Below are positions 45,715 through 55,124 of a DNA stretch of 64,000 nucleotides, one piece after another. Below the pieces are notes generated by a model, which was given only the letters and a program-made list of their open reading frames with translations, made no database searches and was not told the DNA's origin. The translations under genes were made by a program, and so were the position numbers. Where the stretch lies: positions 11,792 through 75,791 of the forward strand of contig DBDU01000019.1 in the NCBI GenBank assembly GCA_002293725.1, given 5' to 3'. Origin of the DNA: Patescibacteria group bacterium UBA924 (lineage in GTDB: Bacteria; Patescibacteriota; Microgenomatia; UBA1400; PJMF01). How positions within the stretch are numbered: position 1 is the stretch's first letter; each line of letters begins with the position of its first letter.

Positions 45715-47315
45715 TCAACGCTATTCAGCGTTTTAATGAAGCCGGACAAGTTACGAGCTCTTTCTATTACAATTGCCCACCCCGAAGTTAGCCACTGTTG
45801 AGCTGTTGTGTGTTTGAGAGTAAGCAGCCACCAGTTTTTGGTATCTTGCCAGGCTTTTTGGCTAGGGTCTCGGCGAGAAGTTTGCTGGCCAATGTGTGTA
45901 ATCTCCACCTCCGGTAAAGCGAGATGCTGCCAGCCTCGTTTCTTCATTCGCAGTCCTAAATCTATATCTTCCAAGTAGGAACCAAAGCGTTCGTCATACA
46001 AACCAACTTCTTCTAAAGCACGACGGTTATAAATAACGGCCGCAGCGTTATTGGCGTCAATAGATTGACCGTTATTGGTAGTAAGTACCTTCGCTTTTCC
46101 CTTAGGTAAAACGGTAATTCCGAGTGACTCGACTTCTTTGTTGGGCTTGAGTACCTGTGGAGCAATACTGCCGATTTTTTTCTGAGGGTGCTGCTCTAAA
46201 TACTCAACTAATGGTTCAAACCAACTTTTTTTGGCGAAGGTATCGTCGTTGACGGTTCCAATGTACTTACCGCGCGCACGGCGGAAGCCAAGATTGACCG
46301 TGTGAGCAAAGCCTTTATTTTGCTCTAAGCAAATAAACACTACCTCAGGATACTTCCGGCGCAAGTCAGTGATGTCGTTGACACTAGTGACGATGATAAG
46401 CTCGTGCTTAGTAAAGGTAAGAAGATGAAGCTGCTGTTCTAAAAACTTCTCCAGCAAAGGACGTTGCATGTTTGGAACAACGAGTGAGAGCTCAATCTGA
46501 CTATCGGCGGATAACAGGACGTTGTGAGAAAAACGTCTTGTGTTCCAGTTTAATATCCACTTTTGAATGCTCCCTAGGTTTTGATCGATAAACTGGCGCA
46601 TGGAAAGGAAAAAGAGTTCAGTACGTTTTTGTGTATGAAGTTGGTCAAAAGATAGTGCTCCCTGATGGATAACTCGTTGGGAAGTGACTGTAAAGGGTTG
46701 ATGCTGATTGAGTAACTGGAGACTAAGTCGACTGTCTTCAAACCAGACAAAGTATCGCTCGTCCCACCCTCCTAACTGTTCAAAAATGCTCCGCTTAATC
46801 AGTAAACAGGCACCTGGCAGCGTCTTTCCTTGTGAAAAAGGAGGCTGTCCTAAGCGATTGAGTGGCGTGAACTCCCAAAGCAAGCTCATGAAGCTAGGAA
46901 TATCTTTTTGGTAACGCGGATCTATCTCACCGTTGGGAGTGATCAATGTGGGTGAGAGAGCCGACAGTGATTGTTGTTTGGCAGTTGTAAGCAATGCTTC
47001 GATTTCAGCGGTGGAGATATGAACGTCCGTATTTAGAAATAGAATGTACTTGCTGGAATTGACATAGCTTCCGCTGTTTCCTGCTTTCCCAAAACCTTGA
47101 TTGTGTTTATTAGTGTAAAAAGTGACCCGTGGGAAACTTCTTTCCAGACGAGTAGTATCCCCACCATTGTTTACTACGCAAATACAATCGTGAATATCTT
47201 TAAGTTCTGTCAGCTGTCGTTCTAAAGCGGCTGGAGTATTCCAGTGAATAATAACGATGGATAAAAGCGAGCTATCTATCACTCCACTCCCCAACTGTAT
47301 AACGTGGCTGGCCAA
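45711..47315 (-). CDS. Two-domain glycosyltransferase family 2
   Basis: 534 aa with two GT-A halves (LSIVIIHWNTPAAL... and LSLVVPNMQRPLLEKF...). Its stop codon overlaps the UXS stop on the opposite strand. Confidence 0.75.
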   Translation of the reverse strand: MASHVIQLGSGVIDSSLLSIVIIHWNTPAALERQLTELKDIHDCICVVNNGGDTTRLERSFPRVTFYTNKHNQGFGKAGNSGSYVNSSKYILFLNTDVHISTAEIEALLTTAKQQSLSALSPTLITPNGEIDPRYQKDIPSFMSLLWEFTPLNRLGQPPFSQGKTLPGACLLIKRSIFEQLGGWDERYFVWFEDSRLSLQLLNQHQPFTVTSQRVIHQGALSFDQLHTQKRTELFFLSMRQFIDQNLGSIQKWILNWNTRRFSHNVLLSADSQIELSLVVPNMQRPLLEKFLEQQLHLLTFTKHELIIVTSVNDITDLRRKYPEVVFICLEQNKGFAHTVNLGFRRARGKYIGTVNDDTFAKKSWFEPLVEYLEQHPQKKIGSIAPQVLKPNKEVESLGITVLPKGKAKVLTTNNGQSIDANNAAAVIYNRRALEEVGLYDERFGSYLEDIDLGLRMKKRGWQHLALPEVEITHIGQQTSRRDPSQKAWQDTKNWWLLTLKHTTAQQWLTSGWAIVIERARNLSGFIKTLNSVD

Positions 47316-48835
47316 AGTGAGTAAGGATTTTCGTCGTAGATATAGTGATCCGTTTTCAGCTCAGTGTGTAAGTGTTCTTGCGCGTACGCAATTACATCAG
47401 CAGGTAGTGAGGAGTCATCGATCCACAAGAAACCGCGTGGATATGTAGCCATCACATTTTGAAGATCAGCCACGGTAGATATAAGGCGAATATTATGTTG
47501 ATCAGCCACTACTTTTTCATTCAATTCGTTAAGCGAGAAAGCAGTTTGTTTATGAAATCCTTCGTCTTCCCAACGAAAGATAAAGTATGAGTTATCCTCA
47601 CCGAGGTACCAACGAGGCCGATCAGGCCATGTTTCGATCACAGCAGTTTGCCCTTGGGCAAACTGCCCTTTCTGCTGAATGATGTTGTAAGCCTGATGAT
47701 AGTCAACTAAGGCAATGTCCCGCATATCCTTGTTGACTGAGTAGTACGGTTTTGGTTTCAAAACGAAGTTGTCTCCGTTAACAAGAATGAAAAGTACAAG
47801 AATACAGAGTACGCCTAAAGTGATTGTTTTTCGCGGCGCTTGTGAACTGTTTCTCGTAACACCATCTGCAATAGCAGAAGCTCCCACGGCTGCAAAAAGG
47901 AAGAAGTACTGAATCACTGGAACGAGGTACTTGGTCATATAGTGACCAAAGAAAAAGGTAACAAAAACTACCTGTAAGGCCAGCAGAATGAAGATAGCCC
48001 AAGGTGTTGACCGAAAATGTCGAAGTTGCCAGAGGATTCCTATAAAAAGAAGTAAAGTAAGAAGAGTTTGTTCACGCCATAAAAGTGCGTGGTAGTACCA
48101 TAGATTGTTGTGTAAAGCGAAGAAACCAAAAGTTACTCCGTTTGTGAGTAACTGAATAATTCCTAATCGATATGCCAGAACTGCTCCTACTACTACAAAC
48201 ACGAGTCCTAAGATGTGTGTAGATCGTCTACTGAGTAGTCTTCTTAACTCTCTTGGTTTGGTAATAACAAAGTCGATAGCAATGGCAATCACCACGAAAG
48301 CGAACAGCACATGGGTAAAGAAACCAAGGAGAGTCAGTATGCTAAGACTCAGTAACCATTTTGCTTGAAACTTCTCTTTCCACTGATAGTAACTTAGTAG
48401 AGCAAGAACGCCTAAAAACTGTTGTAATACGTAACCCCGAGCTTGAGTCGACCAAGTAATTTCCAAATACGAACACGCACACAATACTGCCGCAACTACT
48501 GCTACACGAGTCGAGAAAAGTTTCTTTCCTAAAAGAAAGAGCGCAGCCGGAAGAAGGGCTCCAAAGATAACACTAGGAAAGCGTGCTGTCGTTTCACTGA
48601 CGCCAGCTATCGCAAACGAGACGGCAATGAGTAAGTGAGTGAGTGAGTTGTTTGCTTCTATAAATGGAAGAAGATTACTTTGTCCTTCAAGTACGATTTC
48701 TTTTAGCAGTAGTGCCTGTCTGCCACTACTAAACTCGTCTACCCAAAAAGGATGGTTAATGCGAAGAGCTGAAGCACGTAAGCCAAAACTAAAAATGCTA
48801 AGCAGAATCAGGAAGATAAGTATTTTTTTTGTCAT
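47279..48835 (-). CDS. GT-C fold membrane glycosyltransferase, ArnT/PMT-like
   Basis: 518 aa, about 12 transmembrane helices, first-loop motif HPFWVDEFSSGRQA, C-terminal soluble domain. Confidence 0.65.
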   Translation of the reverse strand: MTKKILIFLILLSIFSFGLRASALRINHPFWVDEFSSGRQALLLKEIVLEGQSNLLPFIEANNSLTHLLIAVSFAIAGVSETTARFPSVIFGALLPAALFLLGKKLFSTRVAVVAAVLCACSYLEITWSTQARGYVLQQFLGVLALLSYYQWKEKFQAKWLLSLSILTLLGFFTHVLFAFVVIAIAIDFVITKPRELRRLLSRRSTHILGLVFVVVGAVLAYRLGIIQLLTNGVTFGFFALHNNLWYYHALLWREQTLLTLLLFIGILWQLRHFRSTPWAIFILLALQVVFVTFFFGHYMTKYLVPVIQYFFLFAAVGASAIADGVTRNSSQAPRKTITLGVLCILVLFILVNGDNFVLKPKPYYSVNKDMRDIALVDYHQAYNIIQQKGQFAQGQTAVIETWPDRPRWYLGEDNSYFIFRWEDEGFHKQTAFSLNELNEKVVADQHNIRLISTVADLQNVMATYPRGFLWIDDSSLPADVIAYAQEHLHTELKTDHYIYDENPYSLWPATLYSWGVE

Positions 48836-49950
48836 ATGGGTACGTAAGTAAACTCAACTGGGTTACTGACTCTGTCTTCAATCAGAACTTGAATATTGCC
48901 AGTTGGTGTCGTGTTTGGATCTACCACAAAAATAATCTCACTCTTACTCCATCGTAAGACTCGTTGTGGGAATATTCTACCGTTTTTATCGATTAACTGT
49001 ACTTTACTCGTCTCATACTGAGCTTCTCCAAAGTTCTGACCGTAGATTCTCACGCCTGTCCACATTTGAGCTTTATGATGACTAAGATCGAGAATATGGG
49101 GCATGGTACGTAGAGAAACAGTCAGTTGATTGAATAGTAGAATGCAAGCTAATAAGATTCCGGAAGTGGCTAGTGTTACGGTGTACGGAAAGAACTTGGC
49201 TGCTTTCCTGGCAACCAGCACTAAAATAACACCTACGACCGCACAGATAATAAGCAAGATACTATAGAAGTGTGTTGTTACTTCATTCCAAAATGGAACA
49301 GGAGTAAAAAAGTTTTTAAAGAAAGTAAACTGACTTCTTAACAGAAGTGAGAATGCAACTACGCCAGTAATTGAAGTAAGGATACTGAGCAAGACTGTAA
49401 TCTGTTCAAATACGTCAACAGTATTAGCAAGAAGCTGGTGACTAACTTGATAATCAGGGTGAGCAAATAACTTCTTCGCTCGTTCTAACTCTTTTGTGCT
49501 GAACTTCTTCGATCGCAAATGATACTTTAATGAAACGAAGAATAAGAAGAGTGTTTTATGAATATCCGTTAGTGTTTCATAAAGCAAGCTTTCCTCTTCC
49601 TCTAATTGACGACGGTAGTGAACAAGATTAAGAACAACTCCATAACCAAAAAAGAAAAAAGCTTGGATAGCAAATTTTTCTGCAAGTACAAATGCATCAG
49701 CCACACTACAAACAAAGGCAAAAATTAAAAATGCGGCCGAAATCCAGACAGCATCTTTTCGTCGTAGTTTATAAAGAGCCGCAAAAAGGAAAAAAATTGC
49801 GTACAGAATACCAATTCTTAGTGACGTATTAAGCGTCATAAAGAAAGTAACACTAATACTGACACCGACAGTAGCAATCAGGACAAAAGTTCTGAACACT
49901 TCAATTAATGTTAGGGTGTGCTGGAGGTTTTTCTTGAGACGCGCTTTCAT
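48832..49950 (-). CDS. Polytopic membrane protein with C-terminal IPT/TIG-like beta-sandwich domain
   Basis: 372 aa, about 8 transmembrane helices. The C-terminal roughly 90 aa (VRIYGQNFGEAQYETSKVQLIDKNG...SEIIFVVDPNTTPTGNIQVLIEDRVSNPVEFTYVPI) matches the IPT/TIG pattern. Confidence 0.45.
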   Translation of the reverse strand: MKARLKKNLQHTLTLIEVFRTFVLIATVGVSISVTFFMTLNTSLRIGILYAIFFLFAALYKLRRKDAVWISAAFLIFAFVCSVADAFVLAEKFAIQAFFFFGYGVVLNLVHYRRQLEEEESLLYETLTDIHKTLFLFFVSLKYHLRSKKFSTKELERAKKLFAHPDYQVSHQLLANTVDVFEQITVLLSILTSITGVVAFSLLLRSQFTFFKNFFTPVPFWNEVTTHFYSILLIICAVVGVILVLVARKAAKFFPYTVTLATSGILLACILLFNQLTVSLRTMPHILDLSHHKAQMWTGVRIYGQNFGEAQYETSKVQLIDKNGRIFPQRVLRWSKSEIIFVVDPNTTPTGNIQVLIEDRVSNPVEFTYVPI

Positions 49951-52220
49951 TTCACTTTAGTTTTTCTCATCTGCTGTAAGCCGATAAGACACAAAACAAA
50001 AAATAATACCACTCCACTAGAAAATAACCCTAAGATAAAGAGTAACTGGGGAATAAATACAATCACATAATCTGTCCCGTCCGTGGAGTTAGGAAGTTGC
50101 CAACTATTCGCATATCCCATGAAACGGTCATGCGTCTGACCTGATTGATCATTCATGAACAAGAAAGGAACAAAACGAAGAGAGACAAATCCATTAAGTG
50201 GAGTACAGGTTTTTACTATACTGTTGCGATAGTTTTGTTGACCTATCCAAAAGTCGATTTGAATGTGTTGTGTTTCTACTGACTGTTCTTGACATGGTGG
50301 CTGAATAAAGCTGGGACGTTTAAAAACTTTCCAGTTTGGATCATATGAGTCAAGAAAAGCGATTGAAGACCCATCAGTGGTGTCCAGATTTTGTATGACA
50401 TAAATACTGTTGTTAACCTTTTGGTAGGTTAAGTCACGTCCAACAAACTGCCCAGTTTTGTACTGCTCTGGAACAGAGTATATCTCAAGCTGACCAAGAT
50501 CTTGTTTTGATGGCAAGAAAGATCCTAACATCGGTGTGAGCTTTTCTGGCAGGTAGGCGGGATCGAGGCGACCGTAGCTTAACGAGCTTTGAACATTGCG
50601 ATTGAGATCAAAGTCCTTACGATGCAAAATAGTTCCAATGTTGAAGTAACCTAGACTTTTGAGAAACTCGTTGGGGTTTTCCTCTTCTAGATAGGTATAT
50701 GCTTCCTCGATTGACGCAAATGCCTTTTCTTGCACCGACGGTCCGTATCCTTTGGTGTAACCTATACTTGATTGGTCAAGAAGTTGAGCCGTTAACCAGC
50801 CCCCTTCATATCCCCAATTGTAGTTATCGAACGGCGAGTGATTACGTGGCAGCAGCAGTACTCTATCTTGATGGTGTCGTTGGAGCTGAGTGAACTCTTG
50901 CCAGTATTCCGGAATGTTCACATAGTACTTTTGAGGAAAGATCGCTTGTGTGTAGTACGGTAAGCCAAGCACAAAAACGCTGATAGCTAGCAGCCCAATC
51001 AGCACTCTCTTGTAAGGTATCTTAATACTTTGGATGGCGAATGCTAGGAGTACACTCATACTAAGTACTGCCCACAGCGGAAACTTAATATCACTCGAAC
51101 GATAGAGGGCGAAAAGTGGAAGGTACTTTAGCAAAAAAGCATATACTTCTCCAAAAGGCGGAGCTGTCCCCTTACTCAAAAAAACGCCAATAAAGAAAAG
51201 TACAAAAAAGAAATCAATTTTGGCATGTTGTTGAACAAGGCGCTTACGAGCAAGTAAGGCTGTGGTGATTAACAGGACAAGGCCTAAGCCAATAAACTGT
51301 GACAGTGGTCGGTAGTACGGATAGTAGCTGTAGTACAACTGACCGACTTCATTCGCTTTATCGAACCAATAGTATTGATTAAATGTCAGTCCGCGAAGAA
51401 TTGGATTGACCAGGTAATTTGGGTGAGTAAAGTTTGTTTCATAGACGACTGCCCCACCAAAGGCTGATTGGTAGAACAACAGTAAGGGAATCAGCCAAAA
51501 TGCATTAGCCGTGAAGAGGGCCGCCATAATGCTTAGACCTTTTCCTGTCCATTCCTTATAACGTTCCGGATGAAGATAGAGAAGGTAAAGTAGGTACAAG
51601 AAGGGAAAAATAGCTACTAGGCCAAACAGACCCAAGTTTTGAGCAAGCGGGGTGGCAAAAAAAAGACAAAGACTTAGAAGAAACCAGTTGCGGAGTGTCG
51701 CCTTGGTATCAATAAACTTTAAAGAAAGTTTGGCAATCAACGGGAAAAACATGAAAGCGTATGAGTAGCTAGGTAACCAAGTAAACATCATTACCATGAA
51801 CGGATTACAGATGTAGAACAAGCTAGCAATGCTGTAGGTGTACGTATTTTGTTTTGGTAAGACGTACCGGAGTAAGTTGTAGCAGCCGAAGAAACTTAAA
51901 CTCAGAGTGGCTCCAATAAAGAGTTTTTGGGCAATAACCACCCCAAATACAGAAGAAAGTGCTGCCATCAAAAGATGGTAGTGAAAGGAGATAAAGTAGA
52001 TATTTGGTAGACCAAAACCATACTCATTATTCCAGAGTGACATGTTTTTAATAAAAAAGCTCAAAGGTTCGGGGTTAGTTAGCGTCTCGCCACCAAGGAT
52101 AAGCTGATTCTGAGACGCCAACGTAAAACCGACCACAAAGAGTGCAACGGAGATAAGCCACGGAACCATTCTAGTGAAGAGTCGTATAGGTTTTTTTGTG
52201 GGCATTCTTTTCAAGGACAA
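49947..52220 (-). CDS. Large GT-C-like membrane protein, YfhO-like (N-terminal polytopic domain, extracytoplasmic domain, C-terminal transmembrane anchor)
   Basis: 757 aa. About 12 N-terminal transmembrane helices, a soluble region of about 300 aa, and a final transmembrane helix (LLFILGLFSSGVVLFFVLCLIGL), which is the YfhO topology. The true start may be an internal Met (52169 or 52205). Confidence 0.5.
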   Translation of the reverse strand: MSLKRMPTKKPIRLFTRMVPWLISVALFVVGFTLASQNQLILGGETLTNPEPLSFFIKNMSLWNNEYGFGLPNIYFISFHYHLLMAALSSVFGVVIAQKLFIGATLSLSFFGCYNLLRYVLPKQNTYTYSIASLFYICNPFMVMMFTWLPSYSYAFMFFPLIAKLSLKFIDTKATLRNWFLLSLCLFFATPLAQNLGLFGLVAIFPFLYLLYLLYLHPERYKEWTGKGLSIMAALFTANAFWLIPLLLFYQSAFGGAVVYETNFTHPNYLVNPILRGLTFNQYYWFDKANEVGQLYYSYYPYYRPLSQFIGLGLVLLITTALLARKRLVQQHAKIDFFFVLFFIGVFLSKGTAPPFGEVYAFLLKYLPLFALYRSSDIKFPLWAVLSMSVLLAFAIQSIKIPYKRVLIGLLAISVFVLGLPYYTQAIFPQKYYVNIPEYWQEFTQLQRHHQDRVLLLPRNHSPFDNYNWGYEGGWLTAQLLDQSSIGYTKGYGPSVQEKAFASIEEAYTYLEEENPNEFLKSLGYFNIGTILHRKDFDLNRNVQSSLSYGRLDPAYLPEKLTPMLGSFLPSKQDLGQLEIYSVPEQYKTGQFVGRDLTYQKVNNSIYVIQNLDTTDGSSIAFLDSYDPNWKVFKRPSFIQPPCQEQSVETQHIQIDFWIGQQNYRNSIVKTCTPLNGFVSLRFVPFLFMNDQSGQTHDRFMGYANSWQLPNSTDGTDYVIVFIPQLLFILGLFSSGVVLFFVLCLIGLQQMRKTKVK

Positions 52221-52746
52221 ACTGAACTTCCCAGGCTTTCAGGATACCAGAAAAGAGCCTCTCGTAGATACCAGGAAATTGATTTGCAAACCAATTAAAA
52301 AGACTATCTAAACCTGGAAGTAAGACAATCCTGAGTTTTCGTGATTTGAGAACAAGCCCATTCTGAAGATAGTAATCGAGATACTCAGGTTCAAATGCAT
52401 AGTAAGACCAAAAAGATTTATGGGTGAAGTGGTACGCGTAAGGGTTTGAGTAGTGTGGAACGATAATCGTAACTTCACCACCATCTTTGAGGACACGATT
52501 CACCTCATTGAGCATCTTAGCCGGGTCATTAACGTGTTCTAAAAAGTGAGACATGTAGACTTTATCCACAGTCCCATCGCTAAAAGGTAAGCCGTCTTTC
52601 TCTACATCGGCAACGATATCTACTCCCGGTTGAGCGATCAGATCAAGTCCTAAGTAACCCTCTTTCTTGTGAGGACCACAGCCGACATCAACATACAAGG
52701 GCGAAGGAAACTTTACTTTGGAAGAAGGTTTTTTCTTTTTAGTCAT
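52171..52746 (-). CDS. Class I SAM-dependent methyltransferase
   Basis: Motif I VDVGCGPHK, motif post-I/II region, 191 aa. Confidence 0.75.
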   Translation of the reverse strand: MTKKKKPSSKVKFPSPLYVDVGCGPHKKEGYLGLDLIAQPGVDIVADVEKDGLPFSDGTVDKVYMSHFLEHVNDPAKMLNEVNRVLKDGGEVTIIVPHYSNPYAYHFTHKSFWSYYAFEPEYLDYYLQNGLVLKSRKLRIVLLPGLDSLFNWFANQFPGIYERLFSGILKAWEVQFVLEKNAHKKTYTTLH

Positions 52747-53320
52747 GTCTTTTACTTTCCCAAACTTTCTTTTTGAGGTTGTACTGTTTGATCACTTGGG
52801 CAGGATTCCCAGCTACCACACTATAATTGGGGACGTCATGGGTGACAACACTGTTTGCGCCAACGACGCTTTGCTGACCAATAGTTACTCCTGGCATAAT
52901 TACACTGTTAATACCGATGAAAGAGCCCCGACCAATCTTGACTTTCCCTTTCGGTAGAAGTGGTTGCTCTTTAATGGGAGTGTTGGGATCTTGATAGTCG
53001 TGAATATGGTCACAGATGAACACTCTGTCTGAAAGCATGACATCGTCTTCAATTCTTACTTCGTCTAAGGCAGCCACGAAGAAGTGACTCCCAACTGCAA
53101 CATTCTTCCCTATTTTTAAGACAGGCTGCTGGTCGACGTTGGTTTGATGTCTAGTAAGGGCGAAGTAGGCACCCTCGGCAATGAAAGAGCTGTCTCCTAC
53201 TTGTAAGAGGTCAAAGTTCCATCCCTTAAAAGGAAACTTAATGACTGCTTTATTTCCTAAGTGAGGAAAAAAGAAGATCTTTTCTATTTGAGACAGGAGA
53301 CGAAGGATAAGTAACTTCAT
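52739..53320 (-). CDS. Hexapeptide-repeat acetyltransferase (left-handed beta-helix)
   Basis: IGRGSFIGINSVIMPGVTIGQQSVVGANSVVTHDVPNYSVVAGNPAQ. The track start at 53374 overlaps the upstream GT4; the Met at 53320 is likely. Confidence 0.78.
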   Translation of the reverse strand: MKLLILRLLSQIEKIFFFPHLGNKAVIKFPFKGWNFDLLQVGDSSFIAEGAYFALTRHQTNVDQQPVLKIGKNVAVGSHFFVAALDEVRIEDDVMLSDRVFICDHIHDYQDPNTPIKEQPLLPKGKVKIGRGSFIGINSVIMPGVTIGQQSVVGANSVVTHDVPNYSVVAGNPAQVIKQYNLKKKVWESKRHD

Positions 53321-54507
53321 AACGTTTTTTGGATAAAGCGAGCAAAGTCGGTCGCTTTTTGTGACCAACTCCAAAGTTGTTGCAGCTTCTGTTGTTCCTT
53401 CTTCGTAGGATGAACCGTCTGATAGTACTGTTCATCTGTGAGTAACTTTATAACACTCTGACTGTACTGTTTCATATCACCGGGTGCTACTTTGACGCAA
53501 CCGGTGGTGTAAAGTGTTTGAAACTCGGGAAGGTCATACATAACTACTGGTAATCCAGTACAGAGCGCTTCAGCGGCTACCATACCATTATTGTCATACA
53601 CCGTAGCATGTGTGAGAAGCTTACTCTGTAAGTAAATGCGATACTTCTCCACTCCATTGACGTATCCCATCCAGGTTAGGTTGTCTTGTATTCCGAGCTG
53701 TTCCGCTTTTTGATGCAGATACTGTTCGTATGCTGGATCACCATTTCCAATAACGGCTAGTTGGGCATTTGGTAAAATGGCAGTTACTTCTTTCCAGATA
53801 TCCAACAAACGACTTATTCCTTTTTGTTCGTGTAAACGGCTACAGAAAACGGCATCAAACTTTATCTTTGATTTTTGATCATGACGTTGGGCAACTCTGA
53901 CTTCCTCTACGTTCACCCCTCCATAAATGGCATGGAGCTGTTTTTGCTCTGACTGAGGAAAAAAGCGACGATCCGAATCATTTGTCAGTAAGCAAGCGTT
54001 AGCTCGTTGTCTAATTTTTGTAAAAAGAAACTTTTGGTAAAGGTAATACAAAATGTACTTAACGACAGGAAAACCATATTGATGTTGAAGATTACTTAGT
54101 GGTGATGGCACAAAAAGAAAGAAGCTAGCTAACCACTCAAAGTGAAAGCGTTCCTTGAGCTTCCACACAGGGATAACATCTGGTGCAAAATCGGTTGCAG
54201 TATAAAAGATATCGCTTGGTTGGAGAGGGTGTTGAGCAAAGTACTCTTCGTACATTCGACTCACATAGCGAACTTCTTCAAGATGGGTGCGTAATGAAAC
54301 TTTGAGATAAGGATAAGGAATTCCGATGATCTCTACCTTGGTTGCTGCCTCTAGATTCAGTTTAAAGGTTTCTGGTTCTGAAGTAAGAACAATAAAATCG
54401 AACTGATGGTATAGATTATTAATCAGCTCAAAAAGAATCTTCATGTGGCCACCCATTGTTCCAGGTGGTCCGAAGTAAATTGCTGAAACGAAAAAACGTC
54501 GTTTCAT
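53317..54507 (-). CDS. Glycosyltransferase family 4-like
   Basis: C-terminal GT-B motif VAAEALCTGLPVVMYDL. The start is likely the Met at 54507 (MKRRFFVSAIYFGPPG). Confidence 0.7.
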   Translation of the reverse strand: MKRRFFVSAIYFGPPGTMGGHMKILFELINNLYHQFDFIVLTSEPETFKLNLEAATKVEIIGIPYPYLKVSLRTHLEEVRYVSRMYEEYFAQHPLQPSDIFYTATDFAPDVIPVWKLKERFHFEWLASFFLFVPSPLSNLQHQYGFPVVKYILYYLYQKFLFTKIRQRANACLLTNDSDRRFFPQSEQKQLHAIYGGVNVEEVRVAQRHDQKSKIKFDAVFCSRLHEQKGISRLLDIWKEVTAILPNAQLAVIGNGDPAYEQYLHQKAEQLGIQDNLTWMGYVNGVEKYRIYLQSKLLTHATVYDNNGMVAAEALCTGLPVVMYDLPEFQTLYTTGCVKVAPGDMKQYSQSVIKLLTDEQYYQTVHPTKKEQQKLQQLWSWSQKATDFARFIQKTL

Positions 54508-55124
54508 GTTTCCTGTTTTTGCAATGTGATGACGACCTCCATAGCACCACCTACCCAATAACACCAAATTCTCTCAAACAGAACCGGCGAACAGGCAATC
54601 AAAAAATTGAACAGACGAACAAATGGTTTGGCAAACCAGACGCACTGATTGGGATGAATATACTGAGCATATACGCCATCATTTGGATAAAGGCCGAAGT
54701 ACTTAATCTGTTTATTTAAAATCTTAAAAGCTACGGTGGTGTAGTAGTGATGATTATGACCAGGTTCCAGTGGATCAAAACTCGTATAGCCAAACGGACG
54801 AACATGAGTAATATCGGTGAATGCTCCCAAGCTGGAAAAGTGTGGCACACGCATGTACAACGTACCACCTGGTTTTAAAATGCGATGGAGCTCTTCAATC
54901 TTTCTAAGTGGTTCGTGCAGGTGCTCTAAAACGTGATACATGTGAATCTCGTCAATGCTGTTTTTAGCAAAAGGGTAAGGGACCTGGTCTAAGTCGTGTA
55001 CCACATCAACAAAGTCTGGGATAGCTACTCGATCCACCCCGATTGATCCAGGAATGCGGGTATTACCACAGCCGATGTTAAGAATTTTTTTTGGCTTTGT
55101 TTTCATCTTTGTTATCCTTTCCAA
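54504..55124 (-). CDS. Class I SAM-dependent methyltransferase
   Basis: Motif I ILNIGCGNTRIPGSIGVD, motif II region LKPGGTLYM, 206 aa. Confidence 0.75.
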   Translation of the reverse strand: MERITKMKTKPKKILNIGCGNTRIPGSIGVDRVAIPDFVDVVHDLDQVPYPFAKNSIDEIHMYHVLEHLHEPLRKIEELHRILKPGGTLYMRVPHFSSLGAFTDITHVRPFGYTSFDPLEPGHNHHYYTTVAFKILNKQIKYFGLYPNDGVYAQYIHPNQCVWFAKPFVRLFNFLIACSPVLFERIWCYWVGGAMEVVITLQKQET

